From Convolutriloba macropyga (Eukaryota), in assembly GCF_964194025.1 (NCBI RefSeq), contig NC_134470.1, forward strand, positions 52,824,001-52,888,000: DNA of 64,000 bases, written 5' to 3'. Under the pieces are notes generated by a model. It searched no databases. It saw nothing but the letters and a program-made list of their open reading frames with translations, and was not told the origin of the DNA. Below, one piece after another: positions 23,185 through 37,534 of the stretch. The translations under genes were made by a program, and so were the position numbers. The first letter of the stretch is position 1. Every line of letters starts with the position of its first letter.

Positions 23185-26100
23185 GCTCTCACGGTCTGAG
23201 TGATGGCCAAGCCTCAAGAGGCATGGCCGAAACTTAAAAAGCAATGTCAAAGCTTGCAAAAAGCGCTTCAGTGAAATGCTTTTTTTACGTGCATTTCCAT
23301 TGAGCCTAACCCCGTCATAACCAAAACTGGCTATCAAAACCAACAAAGAATTTATTCGAGTTCCTTTTGTCCGAATGAAAATAAATTTGTCAAACTTGCC
23401 GAAAGTGCTTCAGTACAGAAGCTAATTCGATTAATTGTCAATTTCGATCTGAAGTCCTAATTTCATTTGCTTGCATTAGATGTTCTTTCGATCTGCTGGG
23501 GAATCAAGGGTGAAATTTGTCACAAAAATATGTAATCCCACGTTCAAGAGCTTTGAAATCAAATAGATTGCTAATGATGTCCGCTGATGATGAATAGCAA
23601 GCTCATTGCAAATAATTGATATCTAATTGATATCTTACTATATCGATTCTAGTTTATATGTCTGTTTACTACGAGCAAACCTATATTATAAACTTCGTTA
23701 ACTTTGTGTGGAAAATGTTCTCAATTAAACAGCTTTGATATCACAAAGTTGTTGAAACCTGTCTGCTGAAGAACCAAAGTAATTTCATGAGATTAGTTAA
23801 ATTTTCAGTGCCAGGGTCGACAACTATTTGAAAATCAAGCTGCGCCAGCATGGTTGATTTTTTTTACTGTATTATTGTTCATCTATGTTTATGCTACGAG
23901 CAAAGATATATCCGTGACATCATGTTACCAGGAAATTTTTAATTTAGAGGATTTGGACCGCTATATGCAATTCAATATTATCTAACTTCTATTTTAAAAG
24001 CTTGCAACGTTCAATTCCCTTACTCCTAACACCATAATAATAACCAAGACCGGCTAAAATATAATGGTGATAGGACAACAAATCAAAAGCAAAATTGAGA
24101 CCAAATAATGGAAACGAATTTATCCGAGTTAATATGTACCTATCACATATGAGCCAAAACGCCAAACATTTTTATGTACAGTTGAGGTAATATGTTCGGT
24201 TTTGATAGTTTCATAACGCTCACGGTCTGAGCGATGGCCAAGCCTCAAAAGGCATGGCCGAATTTTAAAAAGCAATGTCAAAGCTTGCTAAAAGCACTTC
24301 AGTGAAATGCTTTTTTAACGTGCATTTCCATAAAGCCTAACCCGTCATAACCAAAACTGGCTATCAAAACCAACAAAGAATTTATTCGAGTTCCTTTTGT
24401 CCGAATGAAAATAACTTTGTCAAATTTGCAGAAAGTGCTTCAGTACAGAAGCCAAAAGGATTAATTGTCAATTTCGATCTGAAGTCTTAATTTCATTTGC
24501 TTGCATTAGATGTTCTGTCGATCTGCTGTCAAATCAAGGGTGAAAATTGTCACAAAAATAAGTTTTCCCACGTTCAAGTGCTTTGAAATCTAATAGATTG
24601 CTAAAATCTGTCCGCTGATGATGAATAGCAAGCTCATTGCAAATAATTGATATCTAATTGATATCTTACTATATCGATTCTAGTTTATATGTCTGTTTAC
24701 TACGAGCAAAACTCTATTATACCCTTCGTTAACATTGTTTAGAAAATGTTTCCAATTCAAAACCTTTGATATCACAGAAGTTGTTAAAATCTGCCTGCTG
24801 AAGAACTAAAGTAATTTCATGAGATTAGTTAAATTTTCTGTGCCAGGATCGACAACTATTTGAAAATCAAGCTGCGTCAGCATGGTTGATTCCTTTCACT
24901 GTATTATTGTTCAGCTATGTTTATGCTACGAGCAAAGATATATCCGTGACATCATGTTAGCAGGAAATTTTCAATTTAGAGGATTTGGACCGCTATATGC
25001 AATTCAATATTATCTAACTTCTATTTTAAATGCTTGCAACATTCAATTCCCTTACTCCTAACACCACAATAATAACCAAAACTGGATAAAAAATAATGGT
25101 GATAGGACAGCAAATCAGAAGCAAAAATTGAGACCAAATAATGGAAACGAAGTTATCCGAGTTAATGTCTACCTATCACATTTGAGCTAAAACGCCAAAA
25201 AATTATATGTACAGTTGAGGTAATATGTTCTGTTTTGATAGTTTCATGACTCTCACGGTCTGAGTGATGGCCAACCCTCAGGAGGCATTGCCGAATTTTA
25301 AAAAGCAATGTCAAAACTTGCAAAAAGCGCTTCAGTGAAATGCTTTTTTTACGTGCATTTCCATTAAGCCTAACCCCGTCATAACCAAAACTGGCTATCA
25401 AAACCAACAAAGAATTTATTCGAGTTCCTTTTGTCCGAATGAAAATAACTTTGTCAAACTTTCAGAAAGTGCTTACGTACAGAAGCCAAAAGGATTAATT
25501 GTCAATTTCGATCTGAAGTCTTAATTTCATTTGCTTGCATTAGATGTTCTGTCGATCTGCTGTCAAATCAAGGGTGAAATCTGTCACAAAAATAAGTATT
25601 CCCACGTTCAAGTGCTTTGAAATCTAATAGATTGCTAAAATTTGTCCGCTGATGATGAATAGCAAGCTCATTGCAAATAATTGATATCTAATTGATATCT
25701 TACTATATCGATTCTAGTTTATATGTCTGTTTGCTACGAGCAAAACTCTATTATACACTTCGTTAACATTGTTTAGAAAAAGTTCCCAATTCAAAACCTT
25801 TGATATCACAGAAGTTGTTAAAATCTGTCTGCTGAAGAACCAAAGTAATTTCATGAGATTAGTTAAATTTTCTGTGCCAGGATCGACAACTATTTGAAAA
25901 TCAAGCTGCGTCAGCATGGTTGATTCCTTTCACTGTATTATTGTTCAGCTATGTTTATGCTACGAGCAAAGATATATCCGTGACATCATGTTAGCAGGAA
26001 ATTTTCAATTTAGAGGATTTGGACCGCTATATGCAATTCAATATTATCTAACTTCTATTTTAAATGCTTGCAACGTTCAATTCCCTTACTCCTAACACCA

Positions 26101-29100
26101 CAATAATAACCAAAACTGGATAAAAAATAATGGTGATAGGACAGCAAATCAGAAGCAAAAATTGAGACCAAATAATGGAAACGAAGTTATCCGAGTTAAT
26201 GTCTACCTATCACATTTGAGCTAAAACGCCAAAAAATTATATGTACAGTTGAGGTAATATGTTCTGTTTTGATAGTTTCATGACTCTCACGGTCTGAGTG
26301 ATGGCCAAGCCTCAAGAGGCATTGCCGAGTTTTAAAAAGCAATGTCAAAACTTGCAAAAAGAGCTTCAGTGAAATGCTTTTTTTACGTGAATTTCCATTA
26401 AGCCTAACCCCGTCATAACCAAAACTGGCTATCAAAACCAACAAAGAATTTATTCGAGTTCCTTTTGTCCGAACGAAAAAAACTTTGTCAAACTTGCAGA
26501 AAGTGCTTCAGTACAGAAGCTAATTCGATTAATTGTCAATTTCGATCTGAAGTCTTAATTTCATTTGCTTGCATTATATGTTCTTTCGATCTGCTGGGGA
26601 ATCAAGGGTGAAATTTGTTACAAAAATAATTATTCCCACGTTCAAGAGATTTGAAATCAAATAGACTGCTAAAATCTGTCCGCTGATGATGAATAGCAAG
26701 CTCATTGCAAATAGTTGATATCTAATTGACATCTTACTATATCGATTCTAGTTTATATGTCTGTTTACTACGAGCAAACCTATATTATAAACTTCGTTAA
26801 CTTTGTTTAGAAAATGTTCCCAATTCAACAGCTTTGATATCACAGAAACTGTTAAAATCTGTCAGCTGAAGAACCAAAGTAATTTCAAGAGATTAGTTAA
26901 ACTTTCTGTGCCAGGGTCGACAACTATTTGAAAATCAAGCTGCGCCAGCCTGGTTGATTCCTTTTACTGTATTATTGTTCATCTATGTTTATGCTACGAG
27001 CAAAATTGTATCCGTGACATCATGTTAGCAGGAAATTTTCAATTTAGAGGATATGGACCGCTATTTGCAATTCAATATTATCTAACCTCTATTTTAAATG
27101 CTTGCAACGTTCAATTCCTTGACTCCTAACACCATAATAGTAACCAAAACTGGCTAAAATATATTGGTTGTAGGACAGCAAATCAGAAGTAAAAATTGAG
27201 ACCAAATAATGGAAACGAAGTTATCCGAGTTAATGTCTACCTATGACATTTGAGCTAAAACGCCAAATAATTATATGTACAGTTGAAGTAATATGTTCGG
27301 TTTTGATAGTTTCATAACTCTCACGGTCTGAGTGATGGCCAAGCCTCAAGAAGCATGGCGGAATTTTAAAAAGCAATGTCAAAAATTGCAAAAAGCGCTT
27401 CAGTGAAAAGCTTTTTTCACGTGCATTTCCATTAAGCCTAACCCCGTCAGAAACAAAACTGGCTATCAAAACCAACAAAGAATTTATTCGAGTTCCTTTT
27501 GTCCGAATGAAAATAACTTTGTCAAACTTGCAGAAAGTGCTTCAGTACGGAAGCTAATTGAATAATTGTCAATTTCGATCTGAAGTCTTAATTTCATTTG
27601 CTTGAATTAGATGTTCTTTCAATCTGCTGGGGAATCAAAGGTGAAATTTGTCACAAAAATAAGTATTCCCACGTTCAAGAGCTTTGAAAACAAATAGATT
27701 GCTAAAATCTATCCGCAGATGATGAATAGCAAGCTCATTGCAAATAATTGATATCTAATTGATATCTTACTATATCGATTCTAGTTTATATGTCTGTTTA
27801 CTACGAGCAAACCTATATTATACACTTAGTTAACTTTGTGTGGAAAATGTTCTCAATTCAACGGCTTTGATATCACAGAATTTGTTAAAATCTGTCTGCT
27901 GAAGAACCAAAATAATTTCATGAGATTAGTTAAGTTTTCTGTGCCAGGGTCGACAACTATTTGAAAATCAAGCTGCGCCAGCATGGTTGATTCCTTTTAC
28001 TGTATTATGGTTCATCTATGTTTATGCTACGAGCAAAATTATATCCGTGACATCATGTTAGCAGGAAATTTTCAATTTAGAGGATTTGGACCGCTATATG
28101 CAATTCAATATTATCTAACTTCTATTTTAAATGCTTGCAACGTTCAATTCCCTTACTCCTAACACCATAATAATAACCAAAACTGGCTAAAATATAATTA
28201 TGATAGGACAGCAAATCAGAAGCAAAATTGCGACCAAATAATGGAAACAAAGTTATCCGAGTTAATATCTACCTATAACATTTGAGCCAAAACGCCAAAC
28301 ATTTTTATGTACAGTTGAGGTAATATGTTCGGTTTTGATAGTTTCATAACGCTCACGGTCTGAGTGATGGCCAAGCCTCAAGAGGCATGGCCGAATTTTA
28401 AAAAGCAATGTCAAAGATTGCAAAAAGCGCTTCAGTGAAATGCTTTTTTTACGTTCGTTTCCATTAAGCCTAACCCCGTCATAACCAAAACTGGCTCTCA
28501 AAACCAACAAAGAATTTAATCGAGTTCCTTTTGTCCGAATGAAAATAACTTTTTCAAACTTACCGAAAGTGCTTCAGTACAAAAGCCAATTCAATTAATT
28601 GTCAATTTTGATCTGAAGTCTTAATTTCATTTGCTTGAATTAGATGTTCTTTCGATCTGCTGGGGAATCAAAGGTGAAATTTGTCACAAAAATAAGTATT
28701 CCCACGTTCAAGAGCCTTGAAAACAAATAGATTGCTAAAATCTATCCGCAGATGATGAATAGCAAGCTCATTGCAAATAATTGATATCTAATTGATATCT
28801 TACTATACCGATTCTAGTTTATATGTCTGTTTACTACGAGCAAACCTATATTATACACTTAGTGAACTTTGTGTGGAAAATGTTCTCAATTCAACGGCTT
28901 TGAAATCACAGAAGTTGTTAAAATCTCTGCTGAAGAACCAAAGTAATTTCATGAGATTAGTAAAATTTTCTGTGACAGGATCGACAACTATTTGAAAACC
29001 AAGCTGCGCCAGCATGGTTGAATCCTTTTACTGTAGTATTGTTCGTCTATGTTTATGCAACGAGCAAAATTACATCCGTGACATCATGTTAGCAGGAAAT

Positions 29101-32023
29101 TTTCAATTTAGAGGATATGGACCGCTATTTGCAATTCAATATTATCTAACCTCTATTTTAAATGCTTGCAACGTTCAATTCCTTGACTCCTAACACCATA
29201 ATAGTAACCAAAACTGGCTAAAATATAATGGTGATAGGACAGCAAATCAGAAGCAAAAATTGAGACCAAATAATGGAAACGAAGTTATCCGAGTTAATGT
29301 CTACCTATCACATTTGAGCTAAAACGCCAAATAATTATTTGTACAGTTGACGTAATATGTTCGGTTTTGATAGTTCCATAACTCTCACGGTCTGAGTGAT
29401 GGCCAAGCCTCAAGAGGCATGGCCGAATTTTAAAAAGCAATGGCAAAGCTTGCAAAAAGCGCTTCAGTGAAATGCTTTTTTTACGTTCGTTTCCATTAAG
29501 CCTAACCCCGTCATAACCAAAACTGGCTTTCAAAACCAACAGAGAATTTGTTCAAGTTCCTTTTGTCCGAATAAAAATAACTTTGTCAAACTTGCAGAAA
29601 GTGCTTCAGTACAGAAGCCAATTCGATTAATTGTCAATTTCGATCTTAAGTCTTGATTTCATTTGTTTGCATTAGCTGTTCTTTCGATCTGCTGTCGAAT
29701 AAAAGGTGAAATTTGTCACAAAAAAAATTTCCCACGTTCAAGAGCTTTGAAATCAAATAGATTGCTAAATTCTATACGCTGATGATGAATAGCAAGCTCA
29801 TTGCAAATAATTGATATCTAATTGATATCTTACTATATCGCTTCTAGTTTATATGTCTGTTTACTACGAGCAAAACTATATTATACACTACGTTAACTTT
29901 GTGTAGAAAATGTTCCCAATTCAATAGCTTTGAAATCACAGAAGTTGTTAAAATCTCTGCTGAAGAACCAAAGTAATTTCATGAGATTAGTAAAATTTTC
30001 TGTGACAGGGTCGACAACTATTTGAAACTCAAGCTGCGCCAGCATGGTTGAATCCTTTTACTGTAGTATTGTTCATCTATGTTTATGCTACGAGCAAAAT
30101 TATATCCGTGACATCATGTTAGCAGGAAATTTTCAATTTAGAGGATTTGGACCGCTATATGCAATTCAATATTATCTAACTTCTATTTTAAATGCTTGCA
30201 ACGTTCAATTCCCTTACTCCTAACACCATAATAATAACCAAAACTGGCTAAAAAATAATGATGATAGGACAACAAATCAGAAGCAAAATTGAGACCAAAT
30301 AATGGAGACGAAGTTATCCGAGTTAATGTCTACCTATCACATTTGAGCTAAAACGCCAAATAATTATATGTACAGTTGAGGTAATATGTTCGGTTTTGAT
30401 AGTTCCATAACTCTCACGGTCTGAGTGATGGCCAAGCCTCAAGAGGCATGGCCGAATTTTGAAAAGCAATGCCAAAGCTTGCAAAAAGCGCTTCAGTGAA
30501 TGCTTTTTTTACGTTCGTTTCCATTAAACCTATCCCCGTCATAACCAAAACTGGCTATCAAAACCAAAAAAGAATTTAATCGAGTTCCTTTTGTCCGAAT
30601 GAAAATAACTTTTTCAAACTTGCCGAAAGTGCTTCAGTACAGAAGCCAATTCAATTAATTGTCAATTTTGATCTGAAGTCTTAATTTCATTTGCTTGCAT
30701 TCGATGTTCTTTCGATCTGCTGTCGAATAAAGGGTGAAATTTGTCACAAAAAAAATTTCCCATTATCAAGAGCTTTGAAATCAAATAGATTGCTAAATTC
30801 TGTCCGCTGATGATGAAGAGCAAGCTCATTGCAAATAATTGATATCTAATTGATATCTTACTATATCGCTTCTAGTTTATATGTCTGTTTACTACGAGCA
30901 AAACTATATTATACACTTCGTTAACTTTGTGTAGAAAATGTTCCCAATTCAATAGCTTTGATATCACAGAAGTTGTTAAAATCTCTGCTGAAGAACCAAA
31001 GTAATTTCATCAGATTAGTAAAATTTTGTACCCGGGTCGACATTTATTTGAAAATCAAGCTGCGCCAGCATGTTTGATTCCATTTACTGTATTTTTGTTC
31101 ATCTATGTTTATGCTACGAACAAAATTATATCCGTGACATCATGTTAGCAGAAAAATTTCAATTTAGAGGATTTGGACCGCTATATGCAATTCAATATTA
31201 TCTAACTTCTATTTTAAATGCTTGCAACGTTCAATTCCCTTACTCCTAACACCATAATAATAACCAAAACTGGCTAAAATATAATGGTGAAAGGACAGCA
31301 AATCAGAAGCAAAAATTGAGACCAAATAATGGAAACGAAGTTATCCGAGTTAATTTCTACCTATCACATTTGAGCTAAAACGCCAAATAATTATATGTAC
31401 AGTTGAGGTAATATGTTCGGTTTTGATAGTTACATAACTCTCACGGTCTGAGTGATGACCAAGCCTCAAGAGGCATGGCCGAATTTTAAAAAGCAATGTC
31501 AAAGCTTGCAAAAAGTGCTTCAGTGAAATGTTTTTTTTTTTTACGTTCGTTTCCATTAAGCCTAACCCCGTCATAACCAAAACTGGCTATCAAAACCAAC
31601 AAAGAATTTATTCGAGTTCCTTTTGTCCGAATGAAAATAACTATGTCAAACTTGCAGAAAGTGCTTCAGTACAGAAGCCAATTCGATTAATTGTCAATTT
31701 CGATATGAAGTCCTAATTTCATTTGCTTGCGTTAGATGTTCTTTCGATCTGCTGTCGAATCAAGTGTGAAATTTGTCACAAAAAAAATTTTCCCACGTTC
31801 AAGAGCTTTGAAATCAAATAGATTGCTAAATTCTGTCCGCTGATGATGAATAGCAAGCTCATTGCAAATATTTGATATCTAATTGATATCTTACTATATC
31901 GATTCTAGTTTATATGTCTGTTTACTACGAGCAAAACTAAAAGCGCGATAAAATTAAGTAAGCCAGACATCGGTCGGATTGCTATAATAATAAAATAATT
32001 TTGGTTCCTGCGTAATTGCAGCT

Positions 32024-35000
32024 GAACAGCATTAGGCCTACAGTAGCCTGTTCTCAGCTGCCCTTTTTCTTATTATTCCCCTATGTGCAATTCTCCACTA
32101 AATTTTCTGTCTTAGCTTCTTGTTACGTTCAATTCCATAAAGCTTTACCCAAAATAACCAAAACTTGCTAAAAAACAATGGTGATAGAACATTAAATCAG
32201 ATGCAAAAATTGGACCAGTATTAAAAATGAAGTTATTGAAGTTAGTTTTGCTCAATCAGCTTTAAGTTAAAACAGTGTTCAGTTTTGATAGATTCATAGC
32301 AACTCACGCGGGGGAATAGCCAAGGCTCACTGGGCATGACCAGGTGAAGAAAAAAACGCTATGTTGAAGCTTGCAATAAGTGCGTCACCAAAACCGTTTA
32401 GCATTATCGAAAATAACTTTTCAATCGAGTGCGTATTGACCAATCACATCTGAGTTTTATTTTAATTACAATATAAAACGTTGCGCTATGATCAGATTTC
32501 CGGTATGGATAGTTTCGTGTCAAGTCTCACGAACAGCGTGTCAAGTCTCACAGCGGAACAGCATTAGGCCTACAGTAGCCTGTTCTCAGCTGCCCTTTTT
32601 CTTATTATTCTCCTATGTGCAATTCTCACTAAATTTTCTGTCCTAGCTTCTTGTAACGTTCAATTCCATAAAGCTTTACCCAAAATAACCAAAACTTGCT
32701 AAAAAACAATGGTGATAGAACATTAAATTAGATGCAAAAATTGGGCCAGTATTAAAAATGAAGTTATTGAAGTGAGTTTTGCTCAATCAGCTTTAAGTTA
32801 CAACAGCTAAAAAAACGACCTTACACAACTAAAAAACAGCTAAAAAAGCTAAACCTTATTATATGTTCAGTTGAGTTAATGTGTTCAGTTTTGATAGTTT
32901 CATAGCAACTCTCGCGGGGGAATAGCCAAGGCTCACGGGGCATGACCAGGTGAAAAAAAACGCTATGTTGAAGCTGGCAATAAGTGCGTCACCAAAACCG
33001 TTTAGCATTATCGAAAATAACTTTTTAATCGAGTGCGTATTGACCAATCACATTTGAGTTTTTTTAAAATTACAATATAAAACGTTGCGCTATGATCAGA
33101 TGTTCGGTATGGATAGTTTCGTGTCAAGTCTCACGGACAGCGTGTCAAGTCTCACAGCGGAACAGCATTAGGCCTACAGTAGCCTGTTCTCAGCTGCCCT
33201 TTTCCTTATTATTCCCCTATGTGCAATTCTCCACTAAAATTTCTGTCTTAGCTTCTTGTAACGTTCAATTCCATAAAGCTTTAACCAAAATAACCAAAAC
33301 TTGCTAATAAACAATGGTGATAGAACATTAAAACAGATGCAAAAATCGGGCCAGTATTAAAAATGAAGTTATTGAAGTTAGTTTTGGTCAATCAGCTTTA
33401 AGTTAAAACAGCTAAAAAACAGCTAAAAAAGCTAAACCTTATTATATGTTCAGTTTTGATAGTTTCATAGCAACTCTCGCGGGGGAATAGCCAAGGCTCA
33501 CGGGGCATGACCAGGTGAAAAAAAAACGCTATGTTGAAGCTTGCAATAAGTGCGTCACCAAAACCGTTTAGCATTATCGAAAATAACTTTTTAATCGAGT
33601 GCGTATTGACCAATCACATTTGAGTTTTTTTAAAATTACAATATAAAACGTTGCGCTATGATCAGATGTCCGGTATGGATAGTTTCGTGTCAAGTCTCAC
33701 AAACAGCGTGTCAAGTCTCACAGCGGAACAGCATTAGGCCTACAGTAGCCTGTTCTCAGCTGCCCTTTCTCTTATTATTCCCCTATGTGCAATTCTCCAC
33801 TAAAATTTCTGTCTTAGCTTCTTGTAACGTTCAATTCCATAAAGCTTTAACCAAAATAACCAAAACTTGCTAAAAAACAATGGTGATAGAACATTAAATC
33901 AGATGCAAAAATCGGGCCAGTATTAAAAATGAAGTTATTGAAGTTAGTTTTGGTCAATCAGCTTTAAGTTAAAACAGCTAAAAAACGACCTTACACAGCT
34001 AAAAAACAGCTAAAAAAGCTAAACCTTATTATATGTTCAGTTGAGTTAATGTGTTCAGTTTTGATAGTTTCATAGCAACTCTCGCGGGGGAATAGCCAAG
34101 GCTCACGGGGCATGACCAGGTGAAAAAAAACGCTATGTTGAAGCTTGCAATAAGTGCGTCACCAAAACCGTTTAGCATTATCGAAAATAACTTTTTAATC
34201 GAGTGCGTATTGACCAATCACATTTGAGTTTTTTTAAAATTACAATATAAAACGTTGCGCTATGATCAGATGTCCGGTATGGATAGTTTCGTGTCAAGTC
34301 TCACGAACAGCGTGTCAAGTCTCACAGCGGAACAACATTAGGCCTACAGTAGCCTGTTCTCAGCTGCCCTTTTTCTTATTATTCCCCTATGTGCAATTCT
34401 CCACTAAAATTTCTGTCTTAGCTTCTTGTAACGTTCAATTCCATAATGCTTTAACCAAAATAACCAAAACTTGCTAAAAAACAATGGCGATAGAACATTA
34501 AATCAGATGCAAAAATCGGGCCAGTATTAAAAATGAAGTTATTGAAGTTAGTTTTGGTCGATCAGCTTTAAGTTAAAACAGCTAAAAAACGACCTTACAC
34601 AGCTAAAAAACAGCTAAAAAAGCTAAACCTTATTATATGTTCAGTTGAGTTAATGTGTTCAGTTTTGATAGTTTCATAGCAACTCTCGCGGGGGAATAGC
34701 CAAGGCTCACGGGGCATGACCAGGTGAAAAAAAAAACGCTGTTGAAGCTTGCAATAAGTGCGTCACCAAAACCGTTTAGCATTATCGAAAATAACTTTTT
34801 AATCGAGTGCGTATTGACCAATCACATTTGAGTTTTTTTAAAATTACGATATAAAACGTTGCGCTATGATCAGATGTCCGGTATGGATAGTTTCGTGTCA
34901 AGTCTCACGAACAGCGTGTCAAGTCTCACAGCGGAACAGCATTAGGCCTACAGTAGCCTGTTCTCAGCTGCCCTTTTTCTTAATATTCCCCTATGTGCAA

Positions 35001-37327
35001 TTCTCCACTAAAATTTCTGTCTTAGCTTCTTGTAACGTTCAATTCCATAAAGCTTTAACCAAAATAACCAAAACTTGCTAAAAAACAATGGTGATAGAAC
35101 ATTAAATCAGATGCAAAAATCGGGCCAGTATTAAAAATGAAGTTATTGAAGTTAGTTTTGGTCAATCAGCTTTAAGTTAAAACAGCTAAAAAACGACCTT
35201 ACACAGCTAAAAAACAGCTAAAAAAGCTAAACCCTTTTATATGTTCAGTTGAGTTAATGTGTTCAGTTTTGATACTTTCATAGCAACTCTCACGGGGGAA
35301 TAGCCAAGGCTCACGGGGCATGACCAGGTGAAAAAAAAACGCTATGTTGAAGCTTGCAATAAGTGCGTCACCAAAACCGTTTAGCATTATCGAAAATAAC
35401 TTTTTAATCGAGTGCGTATTGACCAATCACATTTGAGTTTTTTTAAAATTACAATATAAAACGTTGCGCTATGATCAGATGTCCGGTATGGATAGTTTCG
35501 TGTCAAGTCTCACGAACAGCGTGTCAAGTCTCACAGCGGAACATCATTAGGCCTACAGTAGCCTGTTCTCAGCTGCCCTTTTTCTTATTATTCCCCTATG
35601 TGCAATTCTCCACTAAAATTTCTGTCTTAGCTTCTTGTAACGTTCAATTCCATAAAGCTTTAACCAAAATAACCAAAACTTGCTAATAAACAATGGTGAT
35701 AGAACATTAAAACAGATGCAAAAATCGGGCCAGTATTAAAAATGAAGTCATTGAAGTTAGTTTTGGTCAATCAGCTTTAAGTTAAAACAGCTAAAAAACG
35801 ACCTTACACAGCTAAAAAACAGCTAAAAAAGCTAAACCTTATTATATGTTCAGTTGAGTTAATGTGTTCAGTTTTGAAAGTTTCATAGCAACTCTCGCGG
35901 GGGAATAGCCAAGGCTCACGGGGCATGACCAGGTGAAAAAAACGCTATGTTGAAGCTTGCAATAAGTGCGTCACCAAAACCGTTTAGCATTATCGAAAAT
36001 AACTTTTTAATCGAGTGCGTATTGACCAATCACATTTGAGTTTTTTTTAAAATTACAATATAAAACGTTGCGCTATGATCAGATGTCCGGTATGGATAGT
36101 TTCGTGTCAAGTCTCACGAACAGCGTGTCAAGTCTCACAGCGGAACAGCATTAGGCCTACAGTAGCCTGTTCTCAACTGCCCTTTTTCTTATTATTCCCC
36201 TATGTGCAATTCTCCACTAAAATTTCTGTCTTAGCTTCTTGTAACGTTCAATTCCATAAAGCTTTAACCAAAATAACCAAAACTTGCTAAAAAACAATGG
36301 TGATAGAACATTAAATCAGATGCAAAAATCGGGCCAGTATTAAAAATGAAGTTATTGAAGTTAGTTTTGGTCAATCAGCTTTAAGTTAAAACAGCTAAAA
36401 AACGACCTTACACAGCTAAAAAACAGCTAAAAAAGCTAAACCTTATTATATGTTCAGTTGAGTTAATGTGTTCAGTTTTGATAGTTTCATAGCAACTCTC
36501 GCGGGGGAATAGCCAGGGCTCACGGGGCATGACCAGGTGAAAAAAACGCTATGTTGAAGCTTGCAATAAGTGCGTCACCAAAACCGTTTAGCATTATCGA
36601 AAATAACTTTTTAATCGAGTGCGTATTGACCAATCACATTTGAGTTTTTTTAAAATTACAATATAAAACGTTGCGCTATGATCAGATGTCCGGTATGGAT
36701 AGTTTCGTGTCAAGTCTCACGAACAGCGTGTCAAGTCTCACAGCGGAACAGCATTAGGCCTACAGTAGCCTGTTCTCAGCTGCCCTTTTTCTTATTATTC
36801 CCCTATGTGCAATTCTGCACTAAAATTTCTGTCTTAGCTTCTTGTAACGTTCAATTCCCTAAAGCTTTAACCAAAATAACCAAAACTTGCTAATAAACAA
36901 TGGTGATAGAACATTAAAATAGATGCAAAAATCGGGCCAGTATTAAAAATGAAGTTATTGAAGTTAGTTTTGGTCAATCAGCTTTAAGTTAAAACAGCTA
37001 AAAAACGACCTTACACAGCTAAAAAACAGCTAAAAAAGCTAAACCTTATTATATGTTCAGTTGAGTTAATGTGTTCAGTTTTGATAGTTTCATAGCAACT
37101 CTCGTGGGGGAATAGCCAAGGCTCACGGGGCATGACCAGGTGAAAAAAAAAACGCTATGTTGAAGCTTGCAATAAGTGCGTCACCAAAACCGTTTAGCAT
37201 TATCGAAAATAACTTTTTAATCGAGCGCGTATTGACCAATCACATTTGAGTTTTTTTAAAATTACAATATAAAACGTTGGGCTATGATCAGATGTCCGGT
37301 ATGGATAGTTTCGTGTCAAGTCTCACG
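32024..37327. repeat. Satellite B: ~604-bp tandem unit, 9 copies (two with internal deletions)
   Basis: Anchor GAACAGCATTAGGCCTAC at ~32024, 32556, 33160, 33726, 34330, 34934, 35539, 36143, 36746. Confidence 0.97.
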
Positions 37328-37460
37328 GCCCACACCCGGATGACCATGGCGCACAAGGCATGGCCAAGTTAAAAAAAACTGAATAACGGCTGATAAATTG
37401 CTCTCAAACGATAGGGGTGGGGTCAATTTGACTTATAGCTTGTTAGGTGTAACGAAGAAA

Positions 37461-37534
37461 CGACCCAGCAGCGACTGGAACCCAGAATCTCCATGCTGTC
37501 AGTCTGACATCTCACCCACTAAGCTACAATGGCG
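37461..37534 (-). mobile_element. tRNA-derived SINE-like head / tRNA pseudogene
   Basis: Minus strand A box TAGCTTAGTGG and B-box-like GGTTCCAGTC at tRNA spacing; no proper acceptor stem. Confidence 0.55.

Larger units (their letters stand above)
12950..31938. repeat. Satellite A: ~1033-bp tandem unit, 12 copies, unit 4 interrupted by an LTR retrotransposon
   Basis: Anchor GCTGATGATGAATAGCAAGC at ~13883, 14915, 15943, 23583, 24614, 25648, 26682, 27715, 28748, 29778, 30806, 31839. Confidence 0.97.

Noticed and set aside
25110-25200. Minus-strand AG|GTAG followed ~43 nt later by AATTTTTG, suggesting a spliced-leader RNA array
   Set aside because: The donor is absent from the satellite B homolog, the T-run varies among units, and such motifs are common in AT-rich DNA
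25162-36893. Recurrent 62-82 aa ORFs in satellites A and B (also the 79 aa ORF in C)
   Set aside because: They recur only because the DNA is repeated; they are broken in several units and have no recognisable domain
37461-37534. Functional tRNA gene (also 46257-46328)
   Set aside because: Acceptor and anticodon stems do not pair properly; treated as SINE heads
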